From Terriglobia bacterium (GTDB taxonomy: Bacteria; Acidobacteriota; Terriglobia; JAJPHL01; JAPKYU01): a DNA stretch of 64,000 bases. The notes below the pieces were generated by a model. It made no database searches. It was not told where the DNA came from and was given only the letters and a program-made list of their open reading frames with translations. The DNA lies in NCBI GenBank assembly GCA_965206645.1, contig CBDBKE010000003.1, positions 800,001 to 864,000 on the forward strand, written 5' to 3'. The translations under genes and the position numbers were made by a program. Below are positions 19,297 through 29,182 of this stretch, piece after piece (position 1 is the first letter of the stretch; each line of letters starts with the position of its first letter).

Positions 19297-19400
19297 AATT
19301 CAGGTGTGGTATATAAAATGAGGAATTAATAGAGAATAAAGCGTAGGTAGGAATTAATTTTCATTTCTAATTCTTCACGCTTTTCAGTCACAACTTTAGC

Positions 19401-20609
19401 CTAGGCGGCTTTCTTCTGGGCCTGGTTTTTCAGAACCTCCAGCGCCCGCTTGAGCACAGTATCTTCCGGCGTGGGTTCTCGCCCGGGTTCCCGCTCCTCA
19501 TCCACCCAGGGGCCCTCCTCCAGCAGCGCGTCGGTGACCGCTACGTTGGGGGTGATGCCGAGGCCCTGAATGGCCTTGCCGCCGGGCGTATAGTACTTGG
19601 CCACCGAGAGGATCAAGGCAGCTCCATCGTCCAGCGGGATTACCTGCTGCACCGAGCCCAGCCCGTAGGTTTTTTCCCCGACCACATCTCCGCGCCCGTT
19701 TTCCAGAATCGCCCCGGCCACCACCTCCGCGGCGCCCGCGGTGCCTCGGTTCACAAGGACCACCATGGGGAGCTTCAGAAGGAATTTGGAGGGTTCCGCA
19801 GCAAAGGTCCGACGAGGATACTTCTGGCCTTCCAGGTAGGTGATCACCCCGTGGTCCAGAAACAGGTTGGCCGCAGCGATTCCTTCGCTGATCTCTCCTT
19901 CGGCCGCGCCCCGCAGGTCCAGGACCAAGCGCTGAGCCCCGCTGCTAATGAGCCGGAGCGCGTGGGAAGCAAGCTCGCTGGCTTTCCCCTCGGGGAAGCC
20001 TTCTACCTGGAGATAGCCGATGCCCGGTTTCAGAGTCTTGAAAGTGACCGACGGAAACGTCACTTCCTCACGCTGGAGCGCCAGTTTTTGCGGTTCTCCT
20101 CGGCGGACACGCACTACGGAAAGGTTGACCACCGTGCCCGGTTCCCCGGCGAGGGTCCTTTTAATTTCTTCCAGCGACATTTCCCGAGTGGAAGTACCGT
20201 TCAGCCCTTCAATAATGTCCCCGGACTGGAGCCCGGCCTGCGCGGCCGGCCCGCCGCGGATGACGCTGACAACAGACGCGTAACGGAATTTCTTGGAAAC
20301 AACTAGACCCAGGTTGCCTTTGCTGCTCGCCTCGCGCCTCTGATACTCCAGGTATTCGTTGGGGCTCAAGTAACTGCTGAACGCATCCAGCGATTCCAGC
20401 AAGCCATGCAGGGCTCCCTTGGTTACGTTGTTCAGATCCGGCTCTTCCACATAATCGTTGCGAATTTTTGACAATACCTCGCTGTAAACTGCCAGCTGAC
20501 GGTACGCACCTTCTGAAGGAAGGGTCTTCCCGAGCACTCCTCCAATCACGATCAGCGCCGCCAGTACGGTGCTTGACCACACTACAACCGCTCTGCCTCG
20601 ACGATTCAT
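19401..20609 (-). CDS. S41/CtpA-family PDZ protein lacking the catalytic Ser/Lys
   Basis: TM anchor, LDAFSSY, PDZ (GPAAQAGLQSGD), IGYL, LVLDLR, YYTPGG...GITP; the motifs read GTAGAAE and TYGLG. Confidence 0.88.
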   Translation of the reverse strand: MNRRGRAVVVWSSTVLAALIVIGGVLGKTLPSEGAYRQLAVYSEVLSKIRNDYVEEPDLNNVTKGALHGLLESLDAFSSYLSPNEYLEYQRREASSKGNLGLVVSKKFRYASVVSVIRGGPAAQAGLQSGDIIEGLNGTSTREMSLEEIKRTLAGEPGTVVNLSVVRVRRGEPQKLALQREEVTFPSVTFKTLKPGIGYLQVEGFPEGKASELASHALRLISSGAQRLVLDLRGAAEGEISEGIAAANLFLDHGVITYLEGQKYPRRTFAAEPSKFLLKLPMVVLVNRGTAGAAEVVAGAILENGRGDVVGEKTYGLGSVQQVIPLDDGAALILSVAKYYTPGGKAIQGLGITPNVAVTDALLEEGPWVDEEREPGREPTPEDTVLKRALEVLKNQAQKKAA

Positions 20610-20673
20610 GATGCAGAAACGTCTCCTTTGGATGCGATGGGCAGTCTCCGGAGTTTGCAGTATAACACGCCTG

Positions 20674-21717
20674 CTAGGCGCGGTGAGGATTTCGGCGAGC
20701 AGCTGCATCGCTCAGCGTGAGGCAGGTCTGGGAGATGCGGTCATGCCAGGTAAGCCCGTCTTCGTCAACGGCCGCCCACAAGAACCCAACGCCCAGGCTA
20801 GCTGTGCTGGCCAGCAGGCCCAGGAGTCGCACAAGGCGCAGCTCGCGGTGGGCCGGAAGCCCATCCAGGTCTACCAGCCGAAGACCTATCCAGCGCATGC
20901 CCGGAGTCGCGCCGGAAAAATACAAGAACAGGGCCATGTAGCTGAGCGCCAGAAAGGCCAGGCCGGCCCCAAGGGCAAACAAGGCAATATGCTGCAGCGG
21001 GAATCCTCCACCCAGCAGGGCGTAGACAGCAATAAACAAGGCGTAGCCGCCGACCAACACAGTAGCATCGGCCACCCCGGCCAGTATTCGGGCAACTAGC
21101 GGTGCCACCGGGAAACTGGCCGGTTTCGACGGTGATGGGAGTGATTCGGGAAATCTCAGCGACCCCTGGGATAGAGAAGGAACCGGCGCTCGGGAACGGT
21201 GGATTGGCGGGGCGCCCGGCCTCGAGGAAGCCTCTGATTTGGACCGCCCTTCGGAGGGTGCCCCCTTCGTCGCCAATGGTTCTCTAAACTGCGGGGGTGA
21301 AGTCCGGGTGCCGCCGGATCTGGTCTCAAACGGAATGACCCTGCGCAACTGCTCGGGAAGGAACCGGCGGGCAGGTGAGCCTGCGGTGCCCGACGCGGGT
21401 TCCCGGCTGTCGAAATTTAGCGGGAGGCTTTGCTGGGCCCGGCGACGCTCGCGAAAGCGTTCCAGGCGGTAGGAGACTTCTTCCCGCCACGGGTTTGGAG
21501 TTGCAGCCAACGCGCCCTGGGATGAGCACGAGGCAGTTCCGACGGCTGATGAGCGGGGCGGTGGCGCAGCAGACGCTCCGGCCTGCGCCGGCTCATCCAT
21601 TGGGGCCTCGTTTACACTAACGGGCCGTTGGTTCTCGGCGGCAAACCGCCGGCCACATCGTTCGCAGCGGTATTCACTCTCATCGCTCGGATATCCGCAG
21701 CAGGAACAAAGAATCAC
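20674..21717 (-). CDS. RDD-family membrane protein with an N-terminal zinc ribbon
   Basis: CSCCG...CERCG at the N-terminus; RILAGVAD, TPGMRWIGLRLV and WHDRISQT RDD motifs. Confidence 0.85.
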   Translation of the reverse strand: MILCSCCGYPSDESEYRCERCGRRFAAENQRPVSVNEAPMDEPAQAGASAAPPPRSSAVGTASCSSQGALAATPNPWREEVSYRLERFRERRRAQQSLPLNFDSREPASGTAGSPARRFLPEQLRRVIPFETRSGGTRTSPPQFREPLATKGAPSEGRSKSEASSRPGAPPIHRSRAPVPSLSQGSLRFPESLPSPSKPASFPVAPLVARILAGVADATVLVGGYALFIAVYALLGGGFPLQHIALFALGAGLAFLALSYMALFLYFSGATPGMRWIGLRLVDLDGLPAHRELRLVRLLGLLASTASLGVGFLWAAVDEDGLTWHDRISQTCLTLSDAAARRNPHRA

Positions 21718-21812
21718 TTTGGAAAAATCACTTTCGCTTGTCGCCCTCTGAGCGAGAGAAAAGCTGCAACTTGCGCCTCTCACATGGGCGATGTTAAGGT
21801 GTTTCTCACGTC

Positions 21813-24308
21813 ATGAGGGCCCAAGGGAGGCCAGGCGAGGCCGCTACGCAATCCCGCCTATGGTGTAGCACAGCGATTGTTGCGTGTCAGTTGCTTTTGG
21901 CCGGAAGTTGGACGGGTGTGCTTGCGCAGTCAACGGTCCCGACCGTGCCCACACGGGCGACGCAGAAGGCTCCCCCGGCACCTCCGGAAGCATTTGCCGC
22001 CCGCCCCGACGGTTACGAGCTGGTGCGCATCACTGCGAACCGGCAGGAAAAATCGGGACATCTGTACCACCTACGGGGAAATGTTGAGATCCGGCTCCGG
22101 GATATGCGGCTGACTGCCGATGAAGTGGACTATGACGAGTCCAGCGGGGACCTCGACGCCCGGGGCAACGTGCGGTTCCAGCGGGAGGCCAACCAGGAAG
22201 ACATTCACGCCAGTACGGCGCGCTACAACCTCACGACGGAACGGGGGGAGTTTCACCAGGTGCGTGGCACCAGCGGCGCACCCCCGACCGGCCCGCAGAC
22301 TCGGGTGCTGACCACCACCAACCCCTACTACTTCGAGGCGCGCCGCGTCGAGAAGGTCGGCGACAACACCTACATCCTCTACGACGGCTTACTGACTTCC
22401 TGCCTGCCGCCCGCCCCCATCTGGAATTTCACCGGCAGTCGGGCCAAGATCCGGCCCGGCGAAGATGTCGTCATCTATAACGGCTTCATCAAGGTGAGGA
22501 ACAAAATTCCGTTCTTTTTCTCTCCCATTTTTTATCATTCCCTGAAGCGCATTCCACGCCGTTCCGGTTTCTTAACGCCGAATATCGGTAACTCCTCGCG
22601 CAAAGGCAAAGTAGTGGGTGAATCATTCTACTGGGCCATCAACCGGAGCGCCGACGCGGAGTTGGGTGCGGAATATTACAGTAAGCGCGGCTGGGCGCAA
22701 CGGGGCACTTTGCGGATGCGGCTCCATGCGGGCACCAACCTCACCGCCAGCTATTTCGGGGTCGTGGACCGCGGGCTGAAGTTGCCTGATGGGAGTCGTC
22801 TTCAGCAGGGCGGCCGCACGCTCCTGGTCACCGGCACCAGCGAGTTGCCGCGCGGATTCCGGGCGGTGGCCGATTTCAATTACCTCAGCTCATTCCAGTT
22901 CCGGCAGGCCTTCACGGAAGCCTACCTGGATGCGGTCAATACCGATGTGCACAGTACCGCATTCATTTCCAATAATTTCGGGGGGTTCAGTTTCAATGCC
23001 CGATCGTTTCGGTTCCAGAATTTCCAGAGTTTCACGGGGCGTCAGCCCGGAGACCGTATGGAAATTCGAAGCCTGCCCGGGGTGGAATTCAACAGCCGAG
23101 AGCAACCACTGTTCGGGCCGAAATCACGAGGGCGTCGCTGGCCGCTTTATTTTTCCTTTGACGCGGCAGCCGAAGCTCTCAGCCGGGTCGAGCCGCGCTC
23201 GGAGAGTGCAGATAGCAGGATTACGACAAGCGCGGTGAGCCGCTTCGATTTTTACCCGCGGATTTCCGCTCCGCTCAACTGGAAAGGGTTCCACCTGCTG
23301 GCCTCTTACGGCGTTCGGGCAACCCACTACGGCGCCCGCCTGCGCCAGGGCCAGGTGTCGCACGAGGATTTTCAACGCACCACCCAGGAGCTCGACTTGG
23401 ACCTGCGCCCTCCTTCGCTCCAGCGGGTGTTCGCTTCGCCCTGGAGCTTCTTGGGGGAGCGGATCAAGCACGTCGTGGAGCCGCAGGTCCGCTTCCGCCT
23501 GGTGGAGGGCGTCAACCAGTTCAACGATATCCTCCGCTTTGATGAGCGCGATCTCGTTGTCGACACGCGCGAGATGGAGTACGGCCTGACCCACCGCCTA
23601 TTCAGCAAGCGCTCCGACGGGCGAGTGCGAGAGGTGTTCGCCTGGGAGCTGAAGCAGCGCTATTTCTTCGACCCCACTTTTGGCGGCGCCCTGGTTCCCG
23701 GCAAGCGCAACGTGTTCAGATCCACGCTGGACTTGACCGGTTACGCCTTCCTGGACGGCCGTCGCCGTTTCTCTCCCATTACTTCACTGGTGCGGTTCAT
23801 GCCGGCATGGAATTTCGGTACGGAACTGCGTACCGACTTTGATCCCCACCGGGGCCGCTTCGTAAATACGGGCGTCACCGTGAACCTGCGCAAGGGGAAC
23901 GCTTTCGCTTCCCTCAGTGACTTCTTCGTGAATAGCACCCCCGAATTACGAGGCTGCCCTGGCGCAACAGGCCAACTGGATCTTGGCTCTGGACCGCCAA
24001 CTGGTGATGACTGCCCTGAGTCACTGCTGATGTCTTCCAACCAGCTCCGGGGAATGCTCGGCTACGGCTTTCCCAACCGGCGCGGCTTCAACGTGGGCGG
24101 CACCTTCGTCTATGACCTGCGACAGGAGCTGATGCCGTATTTCAGCGTGCAGGCCAACTATAATTTCGACTGCTGCGGCCTCAGCTTCGAATTCCGGCGC
24201 TTCCAGTTCGGGCAGACGGTGCGTGATGAACGGCAGTTCCGGGTGGCGATCACCTTTGCCAACATTGGCAGCTTCGGCAACTTGAAGAAGCGGGAACGGA
24301 TGTTTTAG
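21813..24308 (+). CDS. lptD: LPS-assembly outer membrane protein LptD
   Basis: OstA-like N domain (LRGNVEI..LTADEVDYD), RRSGFLTP, beta-barrel C-terminus with YNFDCCG. Confidence 0.88.
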   Translation: MRAQGRPGEAATQSRLWCSTAIVACQLLLAGSWTGVLAQSTVPTVPTRATQKAPPAPPEAFAARPDGYELVRITANRQEKSGHLYHLRGNVEIRLRDMRLTADEVDYDESSGDLDARGNVRFQREANQEDIHASTARYNLTTERGEFHQVRGTSGAPPTGPQTRVLTTTNPYYFEARRVEKVGDNTYILYDGLLTSCLPPAPIWNFTGSRAKIRPGEDVVIYNGFIKVRNKIPFFFSPIFYHSLKRIPRRSGFLTPNIGNSSRKGKVVGESFYWAINRSADAELGAEYYSKRGWAQRGTLRMRLHAGTNLTASYFGVVDRGLKLPDGSRLQQGGRTLLVTGTSELPRGFRAVADFNYLSSFQFRQAFTEAYLDAVNTDVHSTAFISNNFGGFSFNARSFRFQNFQSFTGRQPGDRMEIRSLPGVEFNSREQPLFGPKSRGRRWPLYFSFDAAAEALSRVEPRSESADSRITTSAVSRFDFYPRISAPLNWKGFHLLASYGVRATHYGARLRQGQVSHEDFQRTTQELDLDLRPPSLQRVFASPWSFLGERIKHVVEPQVRFRLVEGVNQFNDILRFDERDLVVDTREMEYGLTHRLFSKRSDGRVREVFAWELKQRYFFDPTFGGALVPGKRNVFRSTLDLTGYAFLDGRRRFSPITSLVRFMPAWNFGTELRTDFDPHRGRFVNTGVTVNLRKGNAFASLSDFFVNSTPELRGCPGATGQLDLGSGPPTGDDCPESLLMSSNQLRGMLGYGFPNRRGFNVGGTFVYDLRQELMPYFSVQANYNFDCCGLSFEFRRFQFGQTVRDERQFRVAITFANIGSFGNLKKRERMF

Positions 24309-24549
24309 ACCGGCACCCGGCAGCATACACCCACAGCCCCCGCATTGCTTGGGTGCTTGAAGGAATCCCGAGCCCATTGCTTGCGCTTCAACACACCTGC
24401 AACACTAGCCTTCCGCGCACGCGCGAGGAAGATGCCCCGTGCTACACTCGTCCGGTTCCATCTGGCCCCCTAGGCTCTCATCATGTCGTCCCCGGCGGGA
24501 TTGCTTCCCTGCACCTTTGGTTGTTCACACTGAAGTGTTCCCCGCGAGC

Positions 24550-26181
24550 ATGGCGGATTTGATCACATCGTTATCCCAGCAACCGGACACGGGGCCCGAG
24601 TTGCGGGAGCGGGTCCGTCTGTTGCGCGACGGTGTCGTGAATAACCTGGGCTTCGTCGTCTCTGGGGTTGTCGGCCTGATCCTGATCCCCATGCTACTTG
24701 GGAGCTTGGGAGCAGAGTTGTACGGCTTGTGGATTGCGGCGCAGGCTGTGGCCGGCCTCGCGGCGATCTTCGATCCCGGCCTAAACTGGAGCGTAACCCG
24801 CGAGGTGGGGGCGGTCGGCAGCGGGGAAGTCCCCGAGGAAACGGCGCGGTTTGTACGAACTTCGGCGACCGCTTATTTGCTGATCGGAGCCCTCGGCGCC
24901 CTGGTGGTCGGCTGCCTTGGTCTGGTGATGCGCGATCGACTCCACCTCTCGCCGGAGAGCCAGAAGATTGCGCTGGCGGTTTTCGCCCTGACCGGCCTGA
25001 GCTTCTTGTTCACTCAGTTAGTTGTTTTTGCTCAGTCCGTGCTGGGCGGCCTACGCCGATTCGATGCCATCAACCTGATTCAGGTCAGCTCTGACTTGTT
25101 ACGTGCGGCAGGGATCATCGCGCTGCTCCGATGGGGCCAGGGTCTGGTTTGGGTGGTGGGGTGGCAGGTTCTCGTGGGTTCGGTGACCGCGCTGGCAGCG
25201 CTGGCGATGATCGGCCGTCTTCACCCCGGGCTCCAGATTCGCCCGACTCGCCTCCACTGGCCAGTGCTGCGCGCCCATCTGCCCTTCAGTCTCACCAGCC
25301 AGCTCACCACCGGCGCCCAGTGGGTCCTCTGGGATGCTGCGCCGGTGTTGATCGGACTGGTTCGGGGCTCTGCCTGGATCGTTCCCTATCACGTCGGGCT
25401 GAAGTTTCCCGCAACCGTAACGGGAATCACCTGGCGGGTGGCGGAAGTTTTCTTTCCCCCAGCCAGCGAACAGTCCCGGAAACAGGGCTTGACCGGCACC
25501 TGGAATCTCATCCACACCGGGACCCGCTGGACCGTCGTTCTGGCGCTTCCCCTTTGTCTGACTCTGGCGATTTTAGCTCCTAACCTGTTGCGGGCCTGGC
25601 TGGGGGAGGTGCCTCCGGGTGCAAGCTTGATCCTGCGCGTCAGCAGCGCGGCGGTTCTCGCCGGCGCGGTGGGGGTGAGCGCCCTGCAAGTCCTGTGGGG
25701 TCGGGGTGCGGTGCGAATCATTCTGGCCGTGGCGGGCAAGGCCGCCGCGATCAACCTGGCTTTGAGTCTGGTTCTATTAATTCGCATCGGCGTGGCCGGA
25801 CCTGCCTGGGCATTTCTTGTTTCGATGGTCTTCAGTTCCGCTGCTTTGCTGCGCGCGGCCTCGCGCCTTTGTGCGGTTGCTCCAGGAAAACTGCTGCTGG
25901 ACGTTGCCCAGGGACTTCCGCTCCCGGTGATGATGTGCGTGGCGATGGCTTCGACTATGATTTACCTAACGCCGGGTGGCCAGTGGCCCGGCGTGATTTT
26001 GGCTGCAGCTGCCGCAGGGTGCGCCTATGCGCTTACCCTCTACCGTTTTGGAGCACGGGAGGAAGAACGGCTGCTGGTTCGCGAAGTCGTGGGTGTGCCG
26101 GCCATCCTGAGCCGTTCGGCATTGCACGGATTTCGAGGTCGCCTGTCCGCCGTCGTGGCGTTTCTCCGTAAACGTCTATGA
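24550..26181 (+). CDS. Polysaccharide flippase (Wzx/MATE-like)
   Basis: Many TM helices; LGAELYGLW, DPGLNWSVTR, FFPPAS, LLRAWLG. Confidence 0.85.
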   Translation: MADLITSLSQQPDTGPELRERVRLLRDGVVNNLGFVVSGVVGLILIPMLLGSLGAELYGLWIAAQAVAGLAAIFDPGLNWSVTREVGAVGSGEVPEETARFVRTSATAYLLIGALGALVVGCLGLVMRDRLHLSPESQKIALAVFALTGLSFLFTQLVVFAQSVLGGLRRFDAINLIQVSSDLLRAAGIIALLRWGQGLVWVVGWQVLVGSVTALAALAMIGRLHPGLQIRPTRLHWPVLRAHLPFSLTSQLTTGAQWVLWDAAPVLIGLVRGSAWIVPYHVGLKFPATVTGITWRVAEVFFPPASEQSRKQGLTGTWNLIHTGTRWTVVLALPLCLTLAILAPNLLRAWLGEVPPGASLILRVSSAAVLAGAVGVSALQVLWGRGAVRIILAVAGKAAAINLALSLVLLIRIGVAGPAWAFLVSMVFSSAALLRAASRLCAVAPGKLLLDVAQGLPLPVMMCVAMASTMIYLTPGGQWPGVILAAAAAGCAYALTLYRFGAREEERLLVREVVGVPAILSRSALHGFRGRLSAVVAFLRKRL

Positions 26182-26879
26182 AACGACTGCTGCGCCGCAT
26201 CCCGGGTCTGGTATCGGCCTGCCGGCAGGCACGGGTCCTGGGTTGGGTTCTGCAGGACTGGTGCTGGTCCGACGCTGAGAAGATGGCAACCCGTTCCCAT
26301 CTCGAGCTTGAATGGGATTTTGAGACGCCTGAAGAGCGCCAGCGATACGAGCGTGTCCTGGGGGCTGTCACCGAGCACCGCGGGCGCGGTCCTTGGGGCA
26401 ATGGGCTCGAAGCGGCGTGTGCCGAAGGGTTGTTTACCCTGGAGCTGGCAAGACGGTGCAGTGGAGTCACGGCGTACGATATCTCGCCGGTGGCGTGCGC
26501 GCGGGCCGCCGAGCGCTGCAAGGAATTTCCCAGCGTGCGCATTTCGCAATTGGATATTCGGCACGACCCAATTGTGGGGAGCTATGACCTGGTGTTTCTG
26601 ATGGCGGCGCTCAGTTTCGTCCACGGCCGCCGCCGGCTCGGCCGGGTCACCCAAAAGCTGGCCGATGCGTTGCGGCCCGGCGGCCTGCTGGTGTTTAACG
26701 AGATGCGTTTGCTGCCAGAGGTCGAGCGGGCGGCCTGGACAAAGTGGCTTGCCGAGGGCGCTTTGCAGAATGTGGCGTTTATGGACGGACGCCACGGTTT
26801 GCGGTTGATTTATAAGCGGCTGTATGAAGAGCTGTATCCGGGTTATGTCGTGGCTCTCTTTGAGAAGACCAGGCCGTAG
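26178..26879 (+). CDS. NodS-like class I SAM methyltransferase
   Basis: WDFETPEERQRY, LEAACAEGLFTLELARRC..VTAYDISP. Confidence 0.78.
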   Translation: MKRLLRRIPGLVSACRQARVLGWVLQDWCWSDAEKMATRSHLELEWDFETPEERQRYERVLGAVTEHRGRGPWGNGLEAACAEGLFTLELARRCSGVTAYDISPVACARAAERCKEFPSVRISQLDIRHDPIVGSYDLVFLMAALSFVHGRRRLGRVTQKLADALRPGGLLVFNEMRLLPEVERAAWTKWLAEGALQNVAFMDGRHGLRLIYKRLYEELYPGYVVALFEKTRP

Positions 26880-26991
26880 GCGTCTGCGTTGACCGCCCCG
26901 AGTACCACCTGTATCATCGACGCCGTACATACTTTGGACGCCGTACATACTTTGGAAATTCCCGTGGCTTCCAGGTCCGCACGGAGGTAGA

Positions 26992-27765
26992 TTGCAGACT
27001 CGAGAATTCGTGGAACGGCAGCGACCCCAGGTGTCTCCTAATCCCTATGTCGACGTTCAGGTGGACCGGCTGTATCGCGGCAGGCCGGTCGTCAAAGCCC
27101 TCCTGCGGAAGGTGCGGCGAAAGCTGCTAGGCCCCAGCAAAGGAATTGCGCCGGCGGTGATTTACAACGGGTTGGTCGTGCTCGATCGGCCGGATCTGTA
27201 CGGCGAAGGAATCTTCTACGAGCCAGATTTCTGGCGGACCCTATTGTTGCTCGACCTGAAACCTTGCGAACGGGTCTTCGAGTTCTGCGCCGGGCCGGGA
27301 TACATTGGGTATTCCCTGCTGGCCCACGGTTTCTGCCAAGAGCTCACTCTGGCCGACGTCAATCCCGCTGCCGTGGAAGTTGCCCGCCAAACCGCCAGGT
27401 TCAATGGGGTCGAGCATTTAGTCAATATCTATCTTTCGGATGGGTTGAAGCAAATTCCCGAAAACGAGAAATGGGACCTGGTGCTTGGAAATCCTCCGCA
27501 CCTGCCCGCCGAGACCCCGGAGGCAGTCGCCGATCGGATCAATTATGATCCGGCCTGGGCGCTTCACAGGGAATTCTATTCCTCCGTCAAGCAGTTTATG
27601 AAACCCGGTGGTCGAGTGCTTCTGATGGAAGAGATCCCGGCTTCCAACGTGGATTTGTTCGAGCCGATGATCCGAGCGGGCGGCGGCCGGGTGGTGACCA
27701 CAAGATTCCGGACCGATTTTCGCGGCAATCCATTTGGTGAATATTATCTGCTGAGCGCATGGTGA
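26992..27765 (+). CDS. Class I SAM methyltransferase with an NPPH motif
   Basis: EFCAGPGYIG motif I, ADVNP, DLVLGNPPH. Confidence 0.82.
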   Translation: MQTREFVERQRPQVSPNPYVDVQVDRLYRGRPVVKALLRKVRRKLLGPSKGIAPAVIYNGLVVLDRPDLYGEGIFYEPDFWRTLLLLDLKPCERVFEFCAGPGYIGYSLLAHGFCQELTLADVNPAAVEVARQTARFNGVEHLVNIYLSDGLKQIPENEKWDLVLGNPPHLPAETPEAVADRINYDPAWALHREFYSSVKQFMKPGGRVLLMEEIPASNVDLFEPMIRAGGGRVVTTRFRTDFRGNPFGEYYLLSAW

Positions 27766-29069
27766 GTAGTCAGGGACAGCCTCCGCCAAAGGACAATACT
27801 CCACACGAAGAATTTTTCACGGCCGGCAGTATTGAGACAGTCCCGCTTCCTGCCAGCTCAGGCGTGGGCAAGGCGCCAGAGGATTTGCTCGTCAAGAGAA
27901 TTCAAATCTGGAACGAGGTCCAGTCTATTCGTCCCGCCTGGGAGCAGTTGGTGTCGGAAAGTCAAGCCAAGACCATTTTCCTGAGCTGGGAATGGCTCCG
28001 TTCCTGGTGGGCTGCCTATGGCCGCTCGCTGGAGTTATATTTTCTTGGATGCTTCGACTGCGCTGGGCGGCTGGTCGGCATTGCGCCGCTGTACCGAACC
28101 CGCTGGCCGCTCCGGCTCCCGGTTCAGGTTTGGATGCTTCGCCTGCTGGGAGACGGCAGCGGGGACTCAGAGGGCCTGGACTGGATTGTCCACAAGAGCT
28201 ATGAAGTGGCCGCCGTGCGCGCCTGGCTCGACTGGCTGGACCGGCGTCGGTCGGAGTGGGATATCCTCGAGCTGAACACCCTACCGGCCGAATCCCCAGT
28301 CGCCCAGATTTTACAAGAGGAATTCCGCCAGCGTGGCTGGCGCTACTGGCAGCGAGCGAACCCGCATTTGGTTCTGGTTTTGCCGGACTCATGGGAGAGC
28401 TATTTGGGATCTCTGTCGAAGAAGAGACGGTACTCGGTATTAAGTTCGATCCGAGGGATTGAAAAGCAATTTCGGGTTTGCCTTGAGCGGTGTAAAACAC
28501 AAACAGAGCTGCCTCGATTCCTGGATCGTCTATTTGATCTACACTCGAAGCGCTGCAAGGCCAAGGGTGAGCAAGGCGCTTTTCAGTGGCCGCCAAGACG
28601 CAGTTTTTTTGCGGAAATGGCCAGCCAATTTCTGGCCCGCGGGTGGCTCGATTTTTGGCTCCTGAGCTTGAACGAACAGGTAGTGGCTGCAGAATTTGGA
28701 TTCTGCTACAACAACGTCTACTCTTACCTGCAAGGCGGCTTTGACCCTGCGTACTCTGCCTACCGGGTGGGTATTGCGTCGCAGGCATTGATATTACAAG
28801 AACTGATCCGCCGTGGTGTTCGTTGCTACGATTTTCTGAGTGGTGGGGAGCTCTACAAGACCCAGTTGGGCGCGCAACGGCGCGTCTATTACCACCTGCG
28901 CTGTGCGAGGCCCCACACCCGCGGGGCCTTTTATGCAACGCTAGCCGTGGTTCTGGAAGCAGGCAAGCGTTGGGCCCGGGTGTGGTTGCCGAAGCCCTTC
29001 TGGAGGTCTCTGCACTGGATTTATCTGCGGCTACGGCCACCGTCCTCGCTGGACGAAATCGCAGAATAG
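27759..29069 (+). CDS. GNAT-family acetyltransferase (CelD/BcsL-like)
   Basis: IFLSWEWLRSWW, LVGIAPL, SWESYLGSLSKKRR, YLQGGFDP, YDFLSGGELYK. Confidence 0.85.
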   Translation: MVSSQGQPPPKDNTPHEEFFTAGSIETVPLPASSGVGKAPEDLLVKRIQIWNEVQSIRPAWEQLVSESQAKTIFLSWEWLRSWWAAYGRSLELYFLGCFDCAGRLVGIAPLYRTRWPLRLPVQVWMLRLLGDGSGDSEGLDWIVHKSYEVAAVRAWLDWLDRRRSEWDILELNTLPAESPVAQILQEEFRQRGWRYWQRANPHLVLVLPDSWESYLGSLSKKRRYSVLSSIRGIEKQFRVCLERCKTQTELPRFLDRLFDLHSKRCKAKGEQGAFQWPPRRSFFAEMASQFLARGWLDFWLLSLNEQVVAAEFGFCYNNVYSYLQGGFDPAYSAYRVGIASQALILQELIRRGVRCYDFLSGGELYKTQLGAQRRVYYHLRCARPHTRGAFYATLAVVLEAGKRWARVWLPKPFWRSLHWIYLRLRPPSSLDEIAE

Positions 29070-29182
29070 CCGAAGCTTCGAGGCGCGGGGCCTGGGGGCC
29101 CGTGTACTAGAGCCGCTCGCCGGAGCCGACGACTTCTTCGATGGAGTTTGCTCTCCTGTTTGCTGTCCGGCAAGCCGTTCAG

